Origin: Laetmonice hystrix
Taxonomy: Eukaryota
Assembly: GCA_965235115.1 (NCBI GenBank)
Contig: OZ249436.1
Coordinates: 27,654,001-27,718,000 of the forward strand
Reading direction: 5' to 3'
DNA length: 64,000 nt
The notes beneath the pieces were generated by a model that did no database searches, was not told the DNA's origin, and saw only the letters and a program-made list of their open reading frames with translations. A program made the translations under genes and the position numbers. Numbering within the stretch: the first letter of the stretch is position 1; the number at the start of each line of letters is the position of its first letter. Positions 61,939-64,000 of the stretch are shown in pieces.

Positions 61939-64000
61939 GATTGGAAAATGACCAACATTCTATATCTATATTGAGCTGGTCTATGGAGGTTCCAGCCTCC
62001 TCTCGAGATCAGACGTATATTGTAGAAAAGTCTGCCGTCATCAGCCTCTAAAAACAATTCAGAACATGGGTATATGACATCGGTGTTACGCATAGCGCCA
62101 TCTGGCGTGCCGACAAGGCAATGATTCTCGGATGTAGGGAAATACTACACATAGAGAGGTGACAGATCCATTTTTATTCCTCCCGGGGGGTGTTTGAAAA
62201 ATCAGAATAAAAACATCGTAATATATGTCCCTACGCATGGATTTGTGTTGCTCTAGGCCGATATAATAAGCCCAAGATATAGTTAGGCCCTCCCTCTGAT
62301 CTATCGCAGTAAAATTTCTTCAAATGGTAAGTGTAATTCGTTCTGTCTATTTTAAATTTTCATTTAACGTATTAAATCTGGAGATTGTATGTGCTCATAT
62401 TGCATTAAGTATGAGAATGATAGTGTCTATTACAGAGTTTGGGTGCGATTTCTATGAGTGCATGGATTCCACTAGGAGACGTTCTTTAGCCATTGTGCAC
62501 ACACACAAATTATACACAAACGTAGGGGCGCGTCTTGTCGTGCCTCACATGCTTGTCGTGTCGATAGAAAAACGTGTAGTGTGAGGCAGGCTTTATGTGA
62601 CGATTGAAAAACTCCTCCGACTCAGCATATGAATGCCAAGAATAACAAACCAGATTTACACAATTCTAACTGGACAGCAGGTCGATAGCGGTACAGATGG
62701 GGCTGGTCATCCTCCCGGACAATAAAAGGGGGAAGGGGCGCACTGGGCAGAGGGCCGCCAACTGTTCTCGATGGAAGAAGACAAAATATGGATTTCACTC
62801 CACAGCTTCAAACGAAGTTACAGAAGAAGTGTTTCCCTCAGGGCTCAGCTGTCTCACTGTATTATTGGAAGAAGGTGGGCCAACTTTCCTGTCATAACGC
62901 TGTGGGCAAAGCAAGGGCATAATCAAATTGACGTGGTTCATCTCATCTGAAATCGGATGGTAGTCTGGCGTAAGCTGCGTGGGAAACCTACTTGCTGACG
63001 TAGGCTTAGCTAAAGATTATCACTCATTACTGACACGATCTCCGCCTCATCCATGGCCAACCACTTATAGAGCTTTCAGGGCAGAGTCGGTATGACGAAA
63101 TACAGCAAGTCGAGATACGACAAAAGCCTAGGCCAAAACGTACAACGCTGAACAACTCAGTATACAAAACACAATAAAGCTATGCCATCACGTCGAAGAA
63201 TCGTTTGATGTGTCGGTCTGGGAGCATTTGACCCAACGCGAGCTATTACAATATAGGCAACTCTTATCCGGTTCCTGTCAATGCAGTCGAGCTACCGCCA
63301 AATACTGAAGAGGCACCCGGTACGAATGTTCTCTCCTTCTTCAAGAAGAGAGAAATCTGTTTGTCTCTTCTTCTTCAAGAAGAGAGTTTTCACCGAGCAT
63401 CATCCCCCCGACCTTCGGATAGTTATATGGTGGAAAACTTCTATTTTATCATTGTTACTGTAGGTATACTGCTGAACGATTTAACTACTGAATGACTGAA
63501 ATATATTTGGTCCAAACTAGAGGTGTCCGAAAGGTCTGGAGTCACAGAAAATGCAGGAACTTACTATAGGAGCACCTATCCCATCTCCAAGTCTGCCAAT
63601 CCATTACAGCAGATCTGCTGCAAAACATTGAAAACAATGTTTTGTCTGTAAACAAGTCTTGTGATAGTGGTGGACATATTGAACACATTTTCACATTTTG
63701 AGAATAAATTGGTAAATAAAGTATTCCCCAAAGATTCCCGACTCTCGGACATCCTGTACAACTTGATAAAAACGGTTGAGCATTACGAAGTGTGATGACG
63801 GCGAGAGAGGATTCTGGGATGAGGGACCCCCAGTGGGGGATGAGGCGATTAGGGTAGCCAGGAGGCGACCTATTGTGGGAATTAAGAAAACGTGTCCGAG
63901 TTCCCTTGCATAAAATCCGTTGAACCTGCATCCCTTTAGAAGATTCGTATCGCATTTTTTTCAGCCTTGCACCCTCCCGGATCCAAGTGGACACTGTGTG

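Noticed and set aside
62640..64000. Coding-looking stretches near the window end
   Set aside because: Manual translation gave no recognisable family or coherent exon chain; a translated search would be needed.

Overview
Repeat-rich animal (most likely marine invertebrate) nuclear DNA with spliced genes; it is not prokaryotic. Three multi-exon genes can be reconstructed by hand with GT-AG boundaries and consistent phases: a GLMP/NCU-G1 lysosomal membrane protein (+, 7380-13220), the DNA glycosylase NEIL1 (-, 32203-20313) and TMEM220 (+, 43374-46167). Two young CR1-group LINEs are present. One is a 5'-truncated poly(A)-tailed copy lying antisense in the last NEIL1 intron; the other is an apparently intact two-ORF element (PHD-ORF1 plus APE/RT-ORF2) at 34.7-39.2 kb. 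The rest is MITEs and non-autonomous DNA transposons (TTAA/Kolobok-like, TWA/CWG Harbinger-like, TA pogo-like, 5-bp-TSD elements), minisatellites and microsatellites. The NEIL1 locus is the most unusual part: (1) a 1547-bp tandem duplication copies a frame-symmetric two-exon, 92-codon module of the basic C-terminal tail; (2) a ~3.4-kb intronic satellite was amplified from NEIL1's own exon-3 end and splice donor; (3) Arg is genomically encoded at the position homologous to the human K242R editing site. Across the window the palindromes TAGGCCTA, TAGATCTA and TACATGTA are strongly over-represented, and in one repeat pair they look like insertions at TA sites. All family assignments come from recognition by eye; no searches were run.
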